Shown: positions 30,988-41,084, counted from the stretch's first letter. The stretch: 64,000 nt of DNA from Candidatus Gottesmanbacteria bacterium (GCA_963809665.1 CAWEKC010000001.1:158219-222218); one strand, 5' to 3'. Made by a program: numbers and translations. Notes: generated from the sequence alone by a model not told the origin.

Positions 30988-31974
30988 TTACTGTAAATAC
31001 TTCCGGATATTTGCGTTGTGCTCTTCAATGGTTTTAGCGTAGTGAGCGGCACCCGTTTTGTCATGCAGGTAATACAGATAGTCAGTGTTTGCGGGATATA
31101 TTGCCGCCTTAATCGATTCCAGGCCGGGATTGCAAATCGGTCCTGGCGGGAAACCGGGGTTGGCATACGTGTTGTATAAAGAGTTAACTTTTTTATCCTC
31201 ATCAGTCAACCCGTCTTTCCACCATGTTTTCTCAAACGGCTGGTAGCCGAGGGCATATTGGAGAGTCGCATCAACCTGGAGCGGCATACCGAGTTTAATG
31301 CGGTTTAAAAGTATACCAGCTATCACGGGACGGTCAGCGGCTGTTTTCCCTTCGCGCTCAACGATAGATGCAAGTGTGATAGTTTCCGGAAATGTAAGAC
31401 TGGTAATTTTGGCATCATCGCGCATTGCAGCGGTTACTTTTGAATTAAAATTGTCCAAAAATATTTTCGCAACGGCAGCACCTGTCGCATCCCTGGGGAT
31501 AAGGTACGTATCAGGGAACATATATCCCTGCTGCGCTACCTGTAAAAACTGGCTTTCCGGGATATCCAAATCCTTGGTCAATTGCGTTGCTGTCTCTTCA
31601 TCCCGCCATCCTTCAAGCGTTGTGACCCACACATCAAGAATACCGTGCGTAAGTTCCAGGGCAATCGTTCTGGCATCCATGGATTTGTTGAGCCGGAAAT
31701 CACCCGCCTGCATTTGTGTCTCGATTCCCAATAATTTAATCAGAACATAAAAACCGGTTGAACTATGAATAAGGTTTTGTTTGGCCAGATCTGCGGCTAT
31801 TTCTTTACCCCCCTCGCCGCGGGTAACCGTAAAGATTACCGGTGTCCTGTCCGCCGGGTCTACGGCTGCAATACTGTAGCGCCACCAAAACCACCCTCCC
31901 CATGCCGCAATGACGGCAACAAAAAAAAGAACAATTAGCCGGGGGAAAAATGTGTTGGTCTTATTTGATTTCAT
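30988..31974 (-). CDS. mltG: Endolytic transglycosylase MltG
   Basis: GYMFPDTY, LASIVERE, LQVDAT, PPGPICNPG; start MKSNK. Confidence 0.93.
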   Translation of the reverse strand: MKSNKTNTFFPRLIVLFFVAVIAAWGGWFWWRYSIAAVDPADRTPVIFTVTRGEGGKEIAADLAKQNLIHSSTGFYVLIKLLGIETQMQAGDFRLNKSMDARTIALELTHGILDVWVTTLEGWRDEETATQLTKDLDIPESQFLQVAQQGYMFPDTYLIPRDATGAAVAKIFLDNFNSKVTAAMRDDAKITSLTFPETITLASIVEREGKTAADRPVIAGILLNRIKLGMPLQVDATLQYALGYQPFEKTWWKDGLTDEDKKVNSLYNTYANPGFPPGPICNPGLESIKAAIYPANTDYLYYLHDKTGAAHYAKTIEEHNANIRKYLQ

Positions 31975-32152
31975 CCAGTGTTGCCCTCCTGAATTTTTTT
32001 CCTTCCGCGTCATACATATAGACGCGGCCGCACACACACGTAACCCGTACGAGACCGTGTCCGGGTTTCCGTTCCAACGGTTTCCCGCACCCCACACACT
32101 TTCCCTGAGAGAGTAACCATGCCTGCATCGGCGCTATGATATTTTTAAACAT
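31961..32152 (-). CDS. Small zinc-ribbon protein
   Basis: 63 aa, CVGC...CVCG; abuts or overlaps both neighbours. Confidence 0.65.
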   Translation of the reverse strand: MFKNIIAPMQAWLLSQGKCVGCGKPLERKPGHGLVRVTCVCGRVYMYDAEGKKFRRATLDEIK

Positions 32153-32153
32153 A

Positions 32154-33416
32154 TCATTCGATCGTATAGACCGATATATTTTTTATGGTCTCTACGGCTT
32201 CCTTCAGTCTCCACTTGTCAGAACTATAGAGCGTACATAGTATATCATTTTTGTCCACCGTACCTTCAAGTTTACGGTTTAAGTACATACCCGCCCTCTT
32301 ATCGGTCGGACACCCGAGAATACGGCAGATAACCGTAATCTGGTTGTTATCTATTGCGTGGATGTGACCGCGCCTGCCTGCTTTTACCTGATGCGCATAC
32401 CGGCCGGGCAGATGCGTGTCACTGGAAACCGAAGGGTCACCGCCCTGGACTTTTATAATCTCGCGCATTTTGGATAAAGCTTTGCCGGAAACTAACAACT
32501 CCCGTGCAAGATCTTCACCCAACACATCGTTCTTTCCCGGCATATCAGCAAAACACAGGTTGAGTAACTTGCCGGCTAAACGTATTGCTTTTGCCTCAAG
32601 CGCCAACGGCCGGTTTTTATGCTGTTCGAGAACCTGAAAAACATCCCGCACTTCCAGTACCGGACCGATCCCGCGGCCCGCGTTTTCGCGGATTTCACTG
32701 GAATCAATAATGACCTTAATGCCGAATTTTTTTGCCAAATACGTAAATTTCTGTCCGATCACTTCCGCATCTTTGAAGTGTTGTATTTTCATCGTGGGCC
32801 CCACGGGAATATCCAAAACTAAATGGTTGGCTCCCGATGCGACTTTTTTGGCCATGATTGAAACGATAATTTTGTCAAAGGATTCAAACGCCAACGGCTG
32901 TTCTATCTGGATAAGGATATCGTCAGCCGGAGCCAGTCCCAAATGTCCGCCCCAGACAATACACCCGCCCGCATGAGCGACCAATCCTTCTATCTGGCGG
33001 GGAGTAAACGTCACGGGTGCAACTACTTCCATCGTATCGGCTGTTCCGGCGGGAGACGTAATGGCACGGGAAGATGTTTTTGGAATCTGAAAACCGGCAG
33101 CGGCAATAATCGGCACCAGTATCATGGTCGTTCTGGTTCCGGCGACACCTCCGGTTGAATGTTTATCCGCGACAATTCCTTTGAAATGAAGTTGCGGCCC
33201 CGTCGCTACCATGGCGCGGGTCAGATGATAGAGTTCTTCATCATTGAATCCTTCTTTAAATCCTGCGGCAGCAAAATACGTAGTCAGAACCGGTCCGAGG
33301 CGCTGGCTTGCAATCTCATCCATAATTGCAAAAATCTCGTTATAGGAAAGAGATTTTCCGACGAGCTTTTTTTTGATTGCTTCTATAGCGACTTGTTGGT
33401 TATTGCTTTTCATCAT
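32154..33416 (-). CDS. AMP phosphorylase / thymidine phosphorylase family, archaeal-like subtype
   Basis: DKHSTGGVAG, KTSSRAITSPAGTADTME, SIMAKK, GIGPVLE. Confidence 0.85.
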   Translation of the reverse strand: MMKSNNQQVAIEAIKKKLVGKSLSYNEIFAIMDEIASQRLGPVLTTYFAAAGFKEGFNDEELYHLTRAMVATGPQLHFKGIVADKHSTGGVAGTRTTMILVPIIAAAGFQIPKTSSRAITSPAGTADTMEVVAPVTFTPRQIEGLVAHAGGCIVWGGHLGLAPADDILIQIEQPLAFESFDKIIVSIMAKKVASGANHLVLDIPVGPTMKIQHFKDAEVIGQKFTYLAKKFGIKVIIDSSEIRENAGRGIGPVLEVRDVFQVLEQHKNRPLALEAKAIRLAGKLLNLCFADMPGKNDVLGEDLARELLVSGKALSKMREIIKVQGGDPSVSSDTHLPGRYAHQVKAGRRGHIHAIDNNQITVICRILGCPTDKRAGMYLNRKLEGTVDKNDILCTLYSSDKWRLKEAVETIKNISVYTIE

Positions 33417-34117
33417 GACGGCCGCTCCAATTTCGCAAACACATGAAGCCGTTGCCAATACGTTCCCGGCGGGACACAGGTTACAAGAGTCAGATACGAA
33501 TCATCAAACCGTTGAGCGAGTGCCGATAAATCGCTGGGATCCGTAACAGTCAGGTCATACACAATATATTTGTATGAAATACCGTCATAGGTGATATCTA
33601 TTTCATCACCCGCTTTAAGCGTAGGTAATAAGGAAAAAATGGTTTTATAACTGTTCGGATTATACAATTGCACCAGTGTTGAATGTCCGAAAATTACCGT
33701 ATTCCCGTATTCCCCGGGGATAGCCGTACCTCCGTAATGTACTAAACTTACAGCCAAATCGTCTCCAGCAACTGTAACCACTGCGTCCTGAATTTTCAGT
33801 TTCGGGATTGACAGAGTGTAGGTGTTGACGGGTGTTACTACCCTTTTCTGCGGACTGGTCGGAAACCATGCATTGGGATTGGTTAAATCAGCGCCGGTGG
33901 CAGATGTATTTGGAGCGGCATATGCCGTGCCGTCCTGAATAGGAGTCACAATCTCGGAAAACAACTCGCCGCTCGTTACACTGAAAGACACAATCGGCCA
34001 AAAGGTCCAGAGTAAAATACCTGTACCGACTGCAAGTAATAGGAAAGATAACGCGCGCAATTCCCGCTGCGGTCGGGGTATCTTCGGAATACTTTTAACA
34101 TACCGGTATAACGCCAT
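33413..34117 (-). CDS. Sortase
   Basis: N-terminal TM; GNTVIFGHS, LTLVTC, R in WQRL. Confidence 0.9.
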   Translation of the reverse strand: MALYRYVKSIPKIPRPQRELRALSFLLLAVGTGILLWTFWPIVSFSVTSGELFSEIVTPIQDGTAYAAPNTSATGADLTNPNAWFPTSPQKRVVTPVNTYTLSIPKLKIQDAVVTVAGDDLAVSLVHYGGTAIPGEYGNTVIFGHSTLVQLYNPNSYKTIFSLLPTLKAGDEIDITYDGISYKYIVYDLTVTDPSDLSALAQRFDDSYLTLVTCVPPGTYWQRLHVFAKLERPS

Positions 34118-34141
34118 AAAAAATTCAACTCCGTAGATTTT

Positions 34142-36367
34142 TTATTGTATTGCGAGTCCGACGGATATATTTTTCGAGTTAATCGGTAATCTTCCTTTCC
34201 CAATACTCATACGGAATGATACTTTCATTCCCGCAACACCTGGCATAGCACCCAGGTATTTTTCCGCATCGGATATGGTCTTTCCTGCTAAATTTTTCTG
34301 AATGAGGGCCGTGTCCAACGTCGGAACAGCATCGGTTTTAATGGTTGCCGCCGCGGTGATTTTTCCGTCTTTTTTCACCACAACTTTATCTAAAGATACC
34401 TGCGTACGGCTCTCTGATAATGTAAATCCCTGCGGGATGTCTTTTGCGATAAACGCTTTCAATAACGTTTTAACATCATCATCACTATATGAAATCCCGG
34501 AAACTGTAACGGTGACTTTCCCTGACAATTGGGAGGCTTCCTGATTCAGCTCCTGGGCAAACGATTTATCAGTCACAGTCGTCTGAATCGTATCCCCGAT
34601 CAGTTTCGCTGCCCCCGAGACGCTCGCTGTAAGCCCCTGTTTTGCCTGATCTACCAAGTCTTTTTGCGCTGCAGCAACGAGCGCGTCGTAATCCGCACGG
34701 CTTACAACACTTACTTCGCGGCTTGTGCCTCCGGTAAGCGCGGCCGCATTATTTGCCGTCATTTCATCTCCCGAAAAACCCTTTACGGTAAACGTGGTGT
34801 TAGCAGGCATATTGCTGTTGGGGCCAATCTGGGCAGCGGTAATTGCGGCAGTAACCTTGCCATAGGTTCTCCCGCCCAAGTCCTCGCTGGCTGATGCGAC
34901 TGATGCATCCGAATCGAGAGTAAATTCCAATGATCCTGAAGTAAACAGTGTTCCTTTCGTAAGAGATTGTGAGGAAAGTGTTTTGTTATAGATCGTCACC
35001 GATCCTTTTGCCGGATCCCCCACGTTTTTTTTGCCGGTAACGGCAATTGTTTTATCTTCACTGACGGAAAGCGTTTGTTTGGCGCCCGGTATAATTTTGT
35101 TTTCTGCATCCACAAGGGTTGCCGTCGGATCAATGGTAATTTGTTCAGAGTCGTTGAGCGATGTGGGAGATTCGAATACCGTCACCGTCGCGTGGGGAAG
35201 GGCCCAGTACAGAAACACCGCCAACACTATGATACCGACGGCACCGACGATAATCGGTAAAATTCCTCCGGAGCGGATACGTGCAATAATCGCAGTCACA
35301 TCAATCTTCGGAATTTTCACTGCAGGCAATTTATTAAGAATAGAAAGATTCCGTTTCTCTTTCTTTTGAACTGACGGATATGCAGATCGTTCCATATTTT
35401 CCAACACGTCGACATTTTTCCGGAATCCGAACTGGGACGGGTCCACAACAACAACATTGGGTTCTTCCTCAGCCGCGATATCTTCACCCTCTTCTATTTC
35501 CTCCGCCTCGGCCTCGGCAGCTGCTTCACCGACATCTTCCTTGCCCTCCGTCTTTTCCACCAAAGCTTCAGCGTCTGTGGAAGCTTCATCAGCGAAGGAG
35601 GGTTTCATTTCACTGGCCAGTTCACTGGCACCGGCAAGTGATATGGCTGCAACCACTTCTTCGGGAGTAATAATCTCTATTTTGGGGAAGTGCAGAAAAT
35701 TCACCCGGGTAGTCCAGGGATACTTAAGGAGGTCGCTTTTAACCTGTGACAGGTCTTTCCCGTCATGACCGTACAATAATATCCGGGCGGGTAAAACTTC
35801 CAGATCTTTAAATTGCTTCAGTAGTTCCTCTACCTGAATCGCGATGTCACCATTGTATTCTATGGTCTTTTGACCCGAAAGCGCCCCGACTTTATACAGG
35901 GAGAGCGATACGGTGTTGTGCGAAATGCCTAAGAAAATAACGCTTGGCGGCACGCCCTCTTCCTTTTTCAGGTTATACATGAGAGCCTGATGTATTGAAA
36001 CAAAACCGATGGGTTTAAGTTCCAGCTCTTTTGTCACTTCTTTTACGTGCGCTCTCACGTCTGCGGTTATTTCTCCTGATTCCGTGAGATATATACGCGG
36101 CAAACCCAATACGGTTTTGGAGTACTGGGTTGTACCCGATTTGTCTTCCACACTGGCTAATGCATCGTCTATCGCATTCAACCGGTCTTCCCACGTGTCA
36201 GCATCCACCTGTCCTGTCGCCGTGGCGATTATCTGCGGAATACCTTTCGTACCCATCTCCCAAAGGGCTGCAGCCACATACTCAACATCCAAAAGAAGCG
36301 ATGCAAATATTTCCTTCGTCTCCTTTTTTTGCCCGAATAAATTGCCCAAAGCCGGCGGTAATTTCAT
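34142..36367 (-). CDS. Membrane protein: cytoplasmic FtsA/actin-like-looking region, acidic linker, TM, baseplate-J-like extracellular region
   Basis: AKGSVTIYN, FTLD, AAQIGPNSN, LTGGTSR pattern; N-terminal assignment tentative. Confidence 0.6.
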   Translation of the reverse strand: MKLPPALGNLFGQKKETKEIFASLLLDVEYVAAALWEMGTKGIPQIIATATGQVDADTWEDRLNAIDDALASVEDKSGTTQYSKTVLGLPRIYLTESGEITADVRAHVKEVTKELELKPIGFVSIHQALMYNLKKEEGVPPSVIFLGISHNTVSLSLYKVGALSGQKTIEYNGDIAIQVEELLKQFKDLEVLPARILLYGHDGKDLSQVKSDLLKYPWTTRVNFLHFPKIEIITPEEVVAAISLAGASELASEMKPSFADEASTDAEALVEKTEGKEDVGEAAAEAEAEEIEEGEDIAAEEEPNVVVVDPSQFGFRKNVDVLENMERSAYPSVQKKEKRNLSILNKLPAVKIPKIDVTAIIARIRSGGILPIIVGAVGIIVLAVFLYWALPHATVTVFESPTSLNDSEQITIDPTATLVDAENKIIPGAKQTLSVSEDKTIAVTGKKNVGDPAKGSVTIYNKTLSSQSLTKGTLFTSGSLEFTLDSDASVASASEDLGGRTYGKVTAAITAAQIGPNSNMPANTTFTVKGFSGDEMTANNAAALTGGTSREVSVVSRADYDALVAAAQKDLVDQAKQGLTASVSGAAKLIGDTIQTTVTDKSFAQELNQEASQLSGKVTVTVSGISYSDDDVKTLLKAFIAKDIPQGFTLSESRTQVSLDKVVVKKDGKITAAATIKTDAVPTLDTALIQKNLAGKTISDAEKYLGAMPGVAGMKVSFRMSIGKGRLPINSKNISVGLAIQ

Positions 36368-36441
36368 ATGCAATAAAGAGGTTCTCTCCTCCTTACACCA
36401 TAGTAGCAGTCAGAGAGGCTGTAATCAATAATATCGGGAAT

Positions 36442-38220
36442 TTATTTGGATTCAATACGGGCGTAGATTCTGCGGATACCGCTCCCGGCGGATTCTTCTT
36501 TCAGAATTCTAAATAAACCCAATTCTCCGGTTCGCTTTGCATGCGGGCCGCCGCAAAACTCTGCGGAAAAAAAGTTGTCTTTCGGCCCCACGAAATACAC
36601 GCTGACGCGGTCCGGATATTTGTGCCCGAATTCCATCTGCGCCCCGACCTTTTGGGCCTCTTCCCGGGGCATTTCCACCCGCGTCACAGGTAAATCCGCC
36701 TTTATTTTTTCATTCACTAATTTTTCGGCTAACCCAAGTTCTTCCTGTGTCACTTTGCGTGTAAAATTAAAATCCATACGCAGCCGTTCAACCGTAATGT
36801 TACTTCCCCTCTGGCGGATGGTAGGATCTATGACTTTTTGTAATGCAGCCAGGAGTAAATGGTGTGCTGTGTGCAATCGTGTTGTCTGTTCGCTATTGTC
36901 CGCAAGCCCCCCCTTGAACATACCTTTTGCGGCGGTCCGCGACAAATCCCGGTGTTTTTTAAATTCTTCTTCAAATTGTGCACGGTCAACCTGCTGGCCC
37001 TTTTCCTTTGCTATCTCAACCGTCATTTCCCACGGGAATCCGTACGTTTCGTAGAGCGTAAACGCAATTTTCCCGTCAAGTACCGGTCTCTTTTCAATTT
37101 CTGATAACCCTTTTTCCAATGTTTTACTGAATCGAACCGCTTCCTGTTTTAATATTTCTGCCGCCTGCGGATAGTTACTTTGATAGATAGTTTCTATCGG
37201 AGCGACCAGTGATTCTATTGCAGTAAAATTATTAAGCGTTCTGCCATGCAGGAGTGCACGCCGGATTAACCTTCTCAAAATATATCCCTGGGTTTTATTT
37301 GAAGGCATAACGCCGGCATCTATCATCATCACGGCACCCTTAATGTGATCCGCAATGATACGCATAGCCGTTTTGTTCCCTTCATATTCTTTTTTACTTA
37401 TGGCTGAAATCTGTTGAATAATCGGTAAAAATAAATCCGTTTTAAACACATCAGAAGTTTTATCTGTTACGGCAACAAGACGCTCCAGGCCCCCGCCGAA
37501 ATCCACATTCTTTTGAAATAATTCCTTCAGTGACCCGTCCGCCTGCTTCTGGTATTGCATAAATACTGAGTTGGCAATTTCCATGAATCTCCCGCATTCG
37601 CAATTCGGGTGACATTTTTTGCCGAATTTCGGATCATGGGCCGTTCCGAAATCATAAAATACTTCGCTGTCGGGCCCGCCCGGTTCGCCTGCGGGCATAC
37701 CTGCCGGCTCACCGGACCGGCTCCACCAATTATGCGTCACTCCATAAGAAAAAATGTGGTCTTCCGGTACGCCGAGATGTTTCCAGATACGGACAGACTC
37801 CTCATCCCGCGGCACACCATTGGTTCCTGCCTGCACAGGCAGGCCTTCAAATACCGATACGAATAATTTTTCTTCCGGAAGGTTCAACTCTTTTGTTAAA
37901 AACTCCCAAATCCACAGGAGTTGTTCTTTTTTAAAATAGTCCCCAAGCGACCAGTTCCCCAGCATTTCAAAAAACGTCGTATGGCTGTTATCCCCGACCT
38001 CATCAATATCCGCGGCACGGAATGACCGCTGGCTATTTACCAGACGCTTACCCAGCGGATGTTTCTGGCCCAGTAAATACGGGATGAGCGGCTGCATGCC
38101 GCTTGAAGTAAATAATGTCGTCGGATCATTCTCCGGAACTAAAGGGGCTGACGGGATTTCCACGTGTCCGCGGGCTTTAAAAAATTCAATATAAATTCTA
38201 CGTAATTCCTGTGATGTCAT
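36442..38220 (-). CDS. alaS: Alanine-tRNA ligase, short form without C-Ala domain
   Basis: HTTFFEMLGNWS, DFGGGLERL, HTAHH, EFCGGPH. Confidence 0.97.
   Translation of the reverse strand: MTSQELRRIYIEFFKARGHVEIPSAPLVPENDPTTLFTSSGMQPLIPYLLGQKHPLGKRLVNSQRSFRAADIDEVGDNSHTTFFEMLGNWSLGDYFKKEQLLWIWEFLTKELNLPEEKLFVSVFEGLPVQAGTNGVPRDEESVRIWKHLGVPEDHIFSYGVTHNWWSRSGEPAGMPAGEPGGPDSEVFYDFGTAHDPKFGKKCHPNCECGRFMEIANSVFMQYQKQADGSLKELFQKNVDFGGGLERLVAVTDKTSDVFKTDLFLPIIQQISAISKKEYEGNKTAMRIIADHIKGAVMMIDAGVMPSNKTQGYILRRLIRRALLHGRTLNNFTAIESLVAPIETIYQSNYPQAAEILKQEAVRFSKTLEKGLSEIEKRPVLDGKIAFTLYETYGFPWEMTVEIAKEKGQQVDRAQFEEEFKKHRDLSRTAAKGMFKGGLADNSEQTTRLHTAHHLLLAALQKVIDPTIRQRGSNITVERLRMDFNFTRKVTQEELGLAEKLVNEKIKADLPVTRVEMPREEAQKVGAQMEFGHKYPDRVSVYFVGPKDNFFSAEFCGGPHAKRTGELGLFRILKEESAGSGIRRIYARIESK
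37826..37843. repeat. Palindromic element copy in-frame within alaS
   Basis: CCTGCCTGCACAGGCAGG; protein reads G-LPVQAG. Confidence 0.85.
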
Positions 38221-38265
38221 TAGCTTCGATTATATCATCTATATTCGGGATGCTATAATTACCTC
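38221..38265. promoter_or_regulatory. Back-to-back extended -10 promoters, probably leaderless
   Basis: TGaTATAAT 8 nt before alaS ATG; TGcTATAAT 6 nt before ATG 38266. Confidence 0.7.
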
Positions 38266-39258
38266 ATGGATTTATCTAAACTGGTTAATTTGCAGTACAC
38301 GACGATTAAAGATCCTTTACCGAATTTCATTTACCAGGGATTACGGGAATACTCCGCGGGTGCCAATGCATATCGTCCTCAACCGGCAGCGCTCATAGAA
38401 AAAATTGCGAACAAATATCATATTCCCAAAGAGATGATTTTGTTAACAGCGGGTATAGACGAAGCAATCCAAATATTCGCAAAAGCGTATGGACAAAATG
38501 CGTATGTGTTTACCCCAACCTACTCTGTCTATGCGGACGTAGAAGTATTCGGTGGAAAACTACATAAAATAGATTCTGTTTCACGCGGTTCCTATGTTGT
38601 CCCGGTTAAAAAATATGCCGATGCAACGCTTATATATCTGGCAAATCCGAATAACCCGTCCGGCTATACGCCGAAAGATAAGGTTATGGAACTTATCAAA
38701 CTAAATCCCCACGCTATTGTTGTGATTGATGAAGCATACGGCAATTTTGGTGATCTCATGGTTGATCAGGAGGTAAAAAAATATCCGCATATGGTAGTAT
38801 TCAGAAGTTTTTCAAAAGATTACGGCATGGCGGGAAATCGCATCGGATATGTTGTTGCGCATCCGGATGTTCTTGGAAAAGTTAAAAACTTTACTCAATG
38901 GGCAAACATCTCATATCTTTCAGTCGGAGCAGCGGCAACTGCACTGGATCACGAAGAATATTTTACAAAAATCATAAGCGAAATAAATAGACTGCGTGAC
39001 GACTTTATCTCATTCCTGAAACTACAGAAATATACTGTATTTCCTTCATATATAAACGCTGCATTAATTCAATTTTCTTCTGAACGGGCAGCGTCGGCAT
39101 TCGTTGAATATTTAGCGGAAAATAATATAGTAATAAGTCACGGAAACGGCAACAGCAACATAGGTCTGGATAAATCGTTTGTCCGATTTGCCATAGGAAA
39201 CAGCAAACAAATGACATACGTAAAGGAAGTTATACGGAAATATAACGGGAGAGATTAA
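38266..39258 (+). CDS. PLP-dependent class I/II aminotransferase, HisC-like
   Basis: NPNNPSG, IDEAY, RSFSKDYGMAGNRIGY. Confidence 0.88.
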   Translation: MDLSKLVNLQYTTIKDPLPNFIYQGLREYSAGANAYRPQPAALIEKIANKYHIPKEMILLTAGIDEAIQIFAKAYGQNAYVFTPTYSVYADVEVFGGKLHKIDSVSRGSYVVPVKKYADATLIYLANPNNPSGYTPKDKVMELIKLNPHAIVVIDEAYGNFGDLMVDQEVKKYPHMVVFRSFSKDYGMAGNRIGYVVAHPDVLGKVKNFTQWANISYLSVGAAATALDHEEYFTKIISEINRLRDDFISFLKLQKYTVFPSYINAALIQFSSERAASAFVEYLAENNIVISHGNGNSNIGLDKSFVRFAIGNSKQMTYVKEVIRKYNGRD

Positions 39259-39259
39259 G

Positions 39260-40315
39260 CTACACCGCTAGGAGGTACCGCATAACCTGCCCGGCCCCCT
39301 GCGTACCGCGCGCATGTTTTCGTATATACCATCCGGCATCGGCAAAGTGCTTACGCATGACATTGACGGTATCCTGTTTAAATGACCAGTCCGTTTCACC
39401 GCTCCCCTTGCCGCTTTTATCCCACTGGAAAAAATTTACCAAACGCACACCGCACGCATAACTGTATTCCAGAGAACTTTTAAGCCACTCGCTCCGGTCA
39501 TCTCTCTGTATATTTAATTCCGTAATAACCGGCGCAGGTTTGTCCGGTGCAAGCTTCATCAATGTAAATAAATCCGGCCCGATAAGCTCCTTTGGTGTCA
39601 GGTCCGGCTGAATATAATGTCCGGGTTGAAGCCAATTTGAACTGTATTTGTTGTATGCATCCAATCCTGTCATATCCACATACTCACTGCCCGGAAACCG
39701 GTCGTCAATCGGATATGCCCAAAGTCCTGTGGTGTTGGCTGAGAATACAATGTTTGTTTTTGGCGACCGTTCTTTTACCAATGAATATGCATCTTTCCAT
39801 ATGCGTTTAAAGTCTTTACTGCTTGTACTGGGCGCATTCCAGGGAAAAGCATTTATAAGGTTCTGCTCATAATACATACGGAATAATACCGGTCCTTTCT
39901 GAGCAAACATACCGGCAAGCTGCGATAGATAGGCGCGTTCGTTCTTCCCGAAAATATCCTTCGTGTCCGGACCCCAGCTCACCATCGGCACTATCCCGTT
40001 CGTCATACACCAGTCAATATCAAGGCACAGACGGTCGTATGCCTCTTCGTCAGTCCCGGTGAGAAAATAATTGACAGTTCCCGGCGCAATATCCATCTGT
40101 CCCATCATGTCATTGGCAATCCGGGAGCTGTTACCGCTGGGCGCAAATCCTACAAGGCGCGAGTCAGAGGCGATCGGATGAACTTCCGGCGTGGGCAACA
40201 GCGACCGCTGCAGCCGTTCAACCTGGGTAATAAATGAAAATTTACTGTTGAGTAACAGGGCAGCTGCTCCCACCCCTGCGACCTCAAGAAACTCGCGACG
40301 GTTCAATGAACCCAT
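39260..40315 (-). CDS. GH26-like glycoside hydrolase with twin-arginine-like N-terminus
   Basis: FRMYYEQN, FPGSEYVDMTGLDAYN, VITEL; start MGSLNRREFL. Confidence 0.7.
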   Translation of the reverse strand: MGSLNRREFLEVAGVGAAALLLNSKFSFITQVERLQRSLLPTPEVHPIASDSRLVGFAPSGNSSRIANDMMGQMDIAPGTVNYFLTGTDEEAYDRLCLDIDWCMTNGIVPMVSWGPDTKDIFGKNERAYLSQLAGMFAQKGPVLFRMYYEQNLINAFPWNAPSTSSKDFKRIWKDAYSLVKERSPKTNIVFSANTTGLWAYPIDDRFPGSEYVDMTGLDAYNKYSSNWLQPGHYIQPDLTPKELIGPDLFTLMKLAPDKPAPVITELNIQRDDRSEWLKSSLEYSYACGVRLVNFFQWDKSGKGSGETDWSFKQDTVNVMRKHFADAGWYIRKHARGTQGAGQVMRYLLAV

Positions 40316-40358
40316 TATAAAATAGGTAGTATAGAATGTGCGGAGGGAAATAACAATC

Positions 40359-40757
40359 TCAGGACTGTTTCGGAAGGTTCTTGAAGAGGCGTTTCCGTAT
40401 GCTTGCGGTGGTCTCCCTGCCATGCTCCTGGATTTCTTCGATGTGGGCAAGGGCACTGTCGAGTTTCCGTGTTGCGGATTCCGTGAGTTCTTCTGACTTA
40501 TCCTCTAATTTTTCTATAACCTGGTCCTTCACTTCTTCACCATGTTTGGCAAGCTCTTTTCCTTTTTTCTCCAGTTGCTCTATCTGATCCTCCAACTCAC
40601 CTAACACGTCTTCCCCTTTTTGTTGCAGCAACTTCCCTGCTTTCTTTCCTTCTTTGGTCCCCAAAAAGAAAATGACAAGGGCTCCGATCAACCCGCCGAT
40701 GAAAAATCCGGCGAGAAATTTTATATCCGTTCCGTGAGATTGATTATTGTCATTCAT
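40359..40757 (-). CDS. YtxH-domain protein
   Basis: FLAGFFIGGLIGAL...KEGK then coiled coil. Confidence 0.75.
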   Translation of the reverse strand: MNDNNQSHGTDIKFLAGFFIGGLIGALVIFFLGTKEGKKAGKLLQQKGEDVLGELEDQIEQLEKKGKELAKHGEEVKDQVIEKLEDKSEELTESATRKLDSALAHIEEIQEHGRETTASIRKRLFKNLPKQS

Positions 40758-41016
40758 GCTTTTCTTCTTCTTTGTGATGAATGAGTGTTGTGATGGCGCT
40801 GATCCCGGTCTTAAGTCCGTTGACAAAACCCGTCATACCGATGACACCTTCGGAAACCGCACCGCTGACTTTACCGGCATCATCAAGCATTTTATTTACT
40901 TTTTGCAGGGATATCCGCATCTCTTTAAGGATGTACCAGACCTGAATACCCAGAACAACAAGAAGAAGAGCGAGAGCGAAACTGATAATGATTATGGTGA
41001 GTTGAGTAGGGTCCAT
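40750..41016 (-). CDS. Small membrane-anchored coiled-coil protein (YtxG/DUF948-like)
   Basis: TM then helix; precedes YtxH; upstream TTGACA-N17-CATACT. Confidence 0.65.
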   Translation of the reverse strand: MDPTQLTIIIISFALALLLVVLGIQVWYILKEMRISLQKVNKMLDDAGKVSGAVSEGVIGMTGFVNGLKTGISAITTLIHHKEEEKHE

Positions 41017-41084
41017 AGGGCAGAGTTTCCGAAAAAACGTGCAACCGTAGTATGTCTTAATCTGGCTCCAGTGTCAACTGTATC

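Noticed and set aside
34142-36367. Prophage or contractile injection system
   Set aside because: No sheath, tube, capsid or integrase genes; the gene has a TM and sits among housekeeping genes
36442-38220. alaS, infB and hrcA as truncated pseudogenes
   Set aside because: Catalytic motifs are intact, genes are tightly packed, and short forms are usual in CPR
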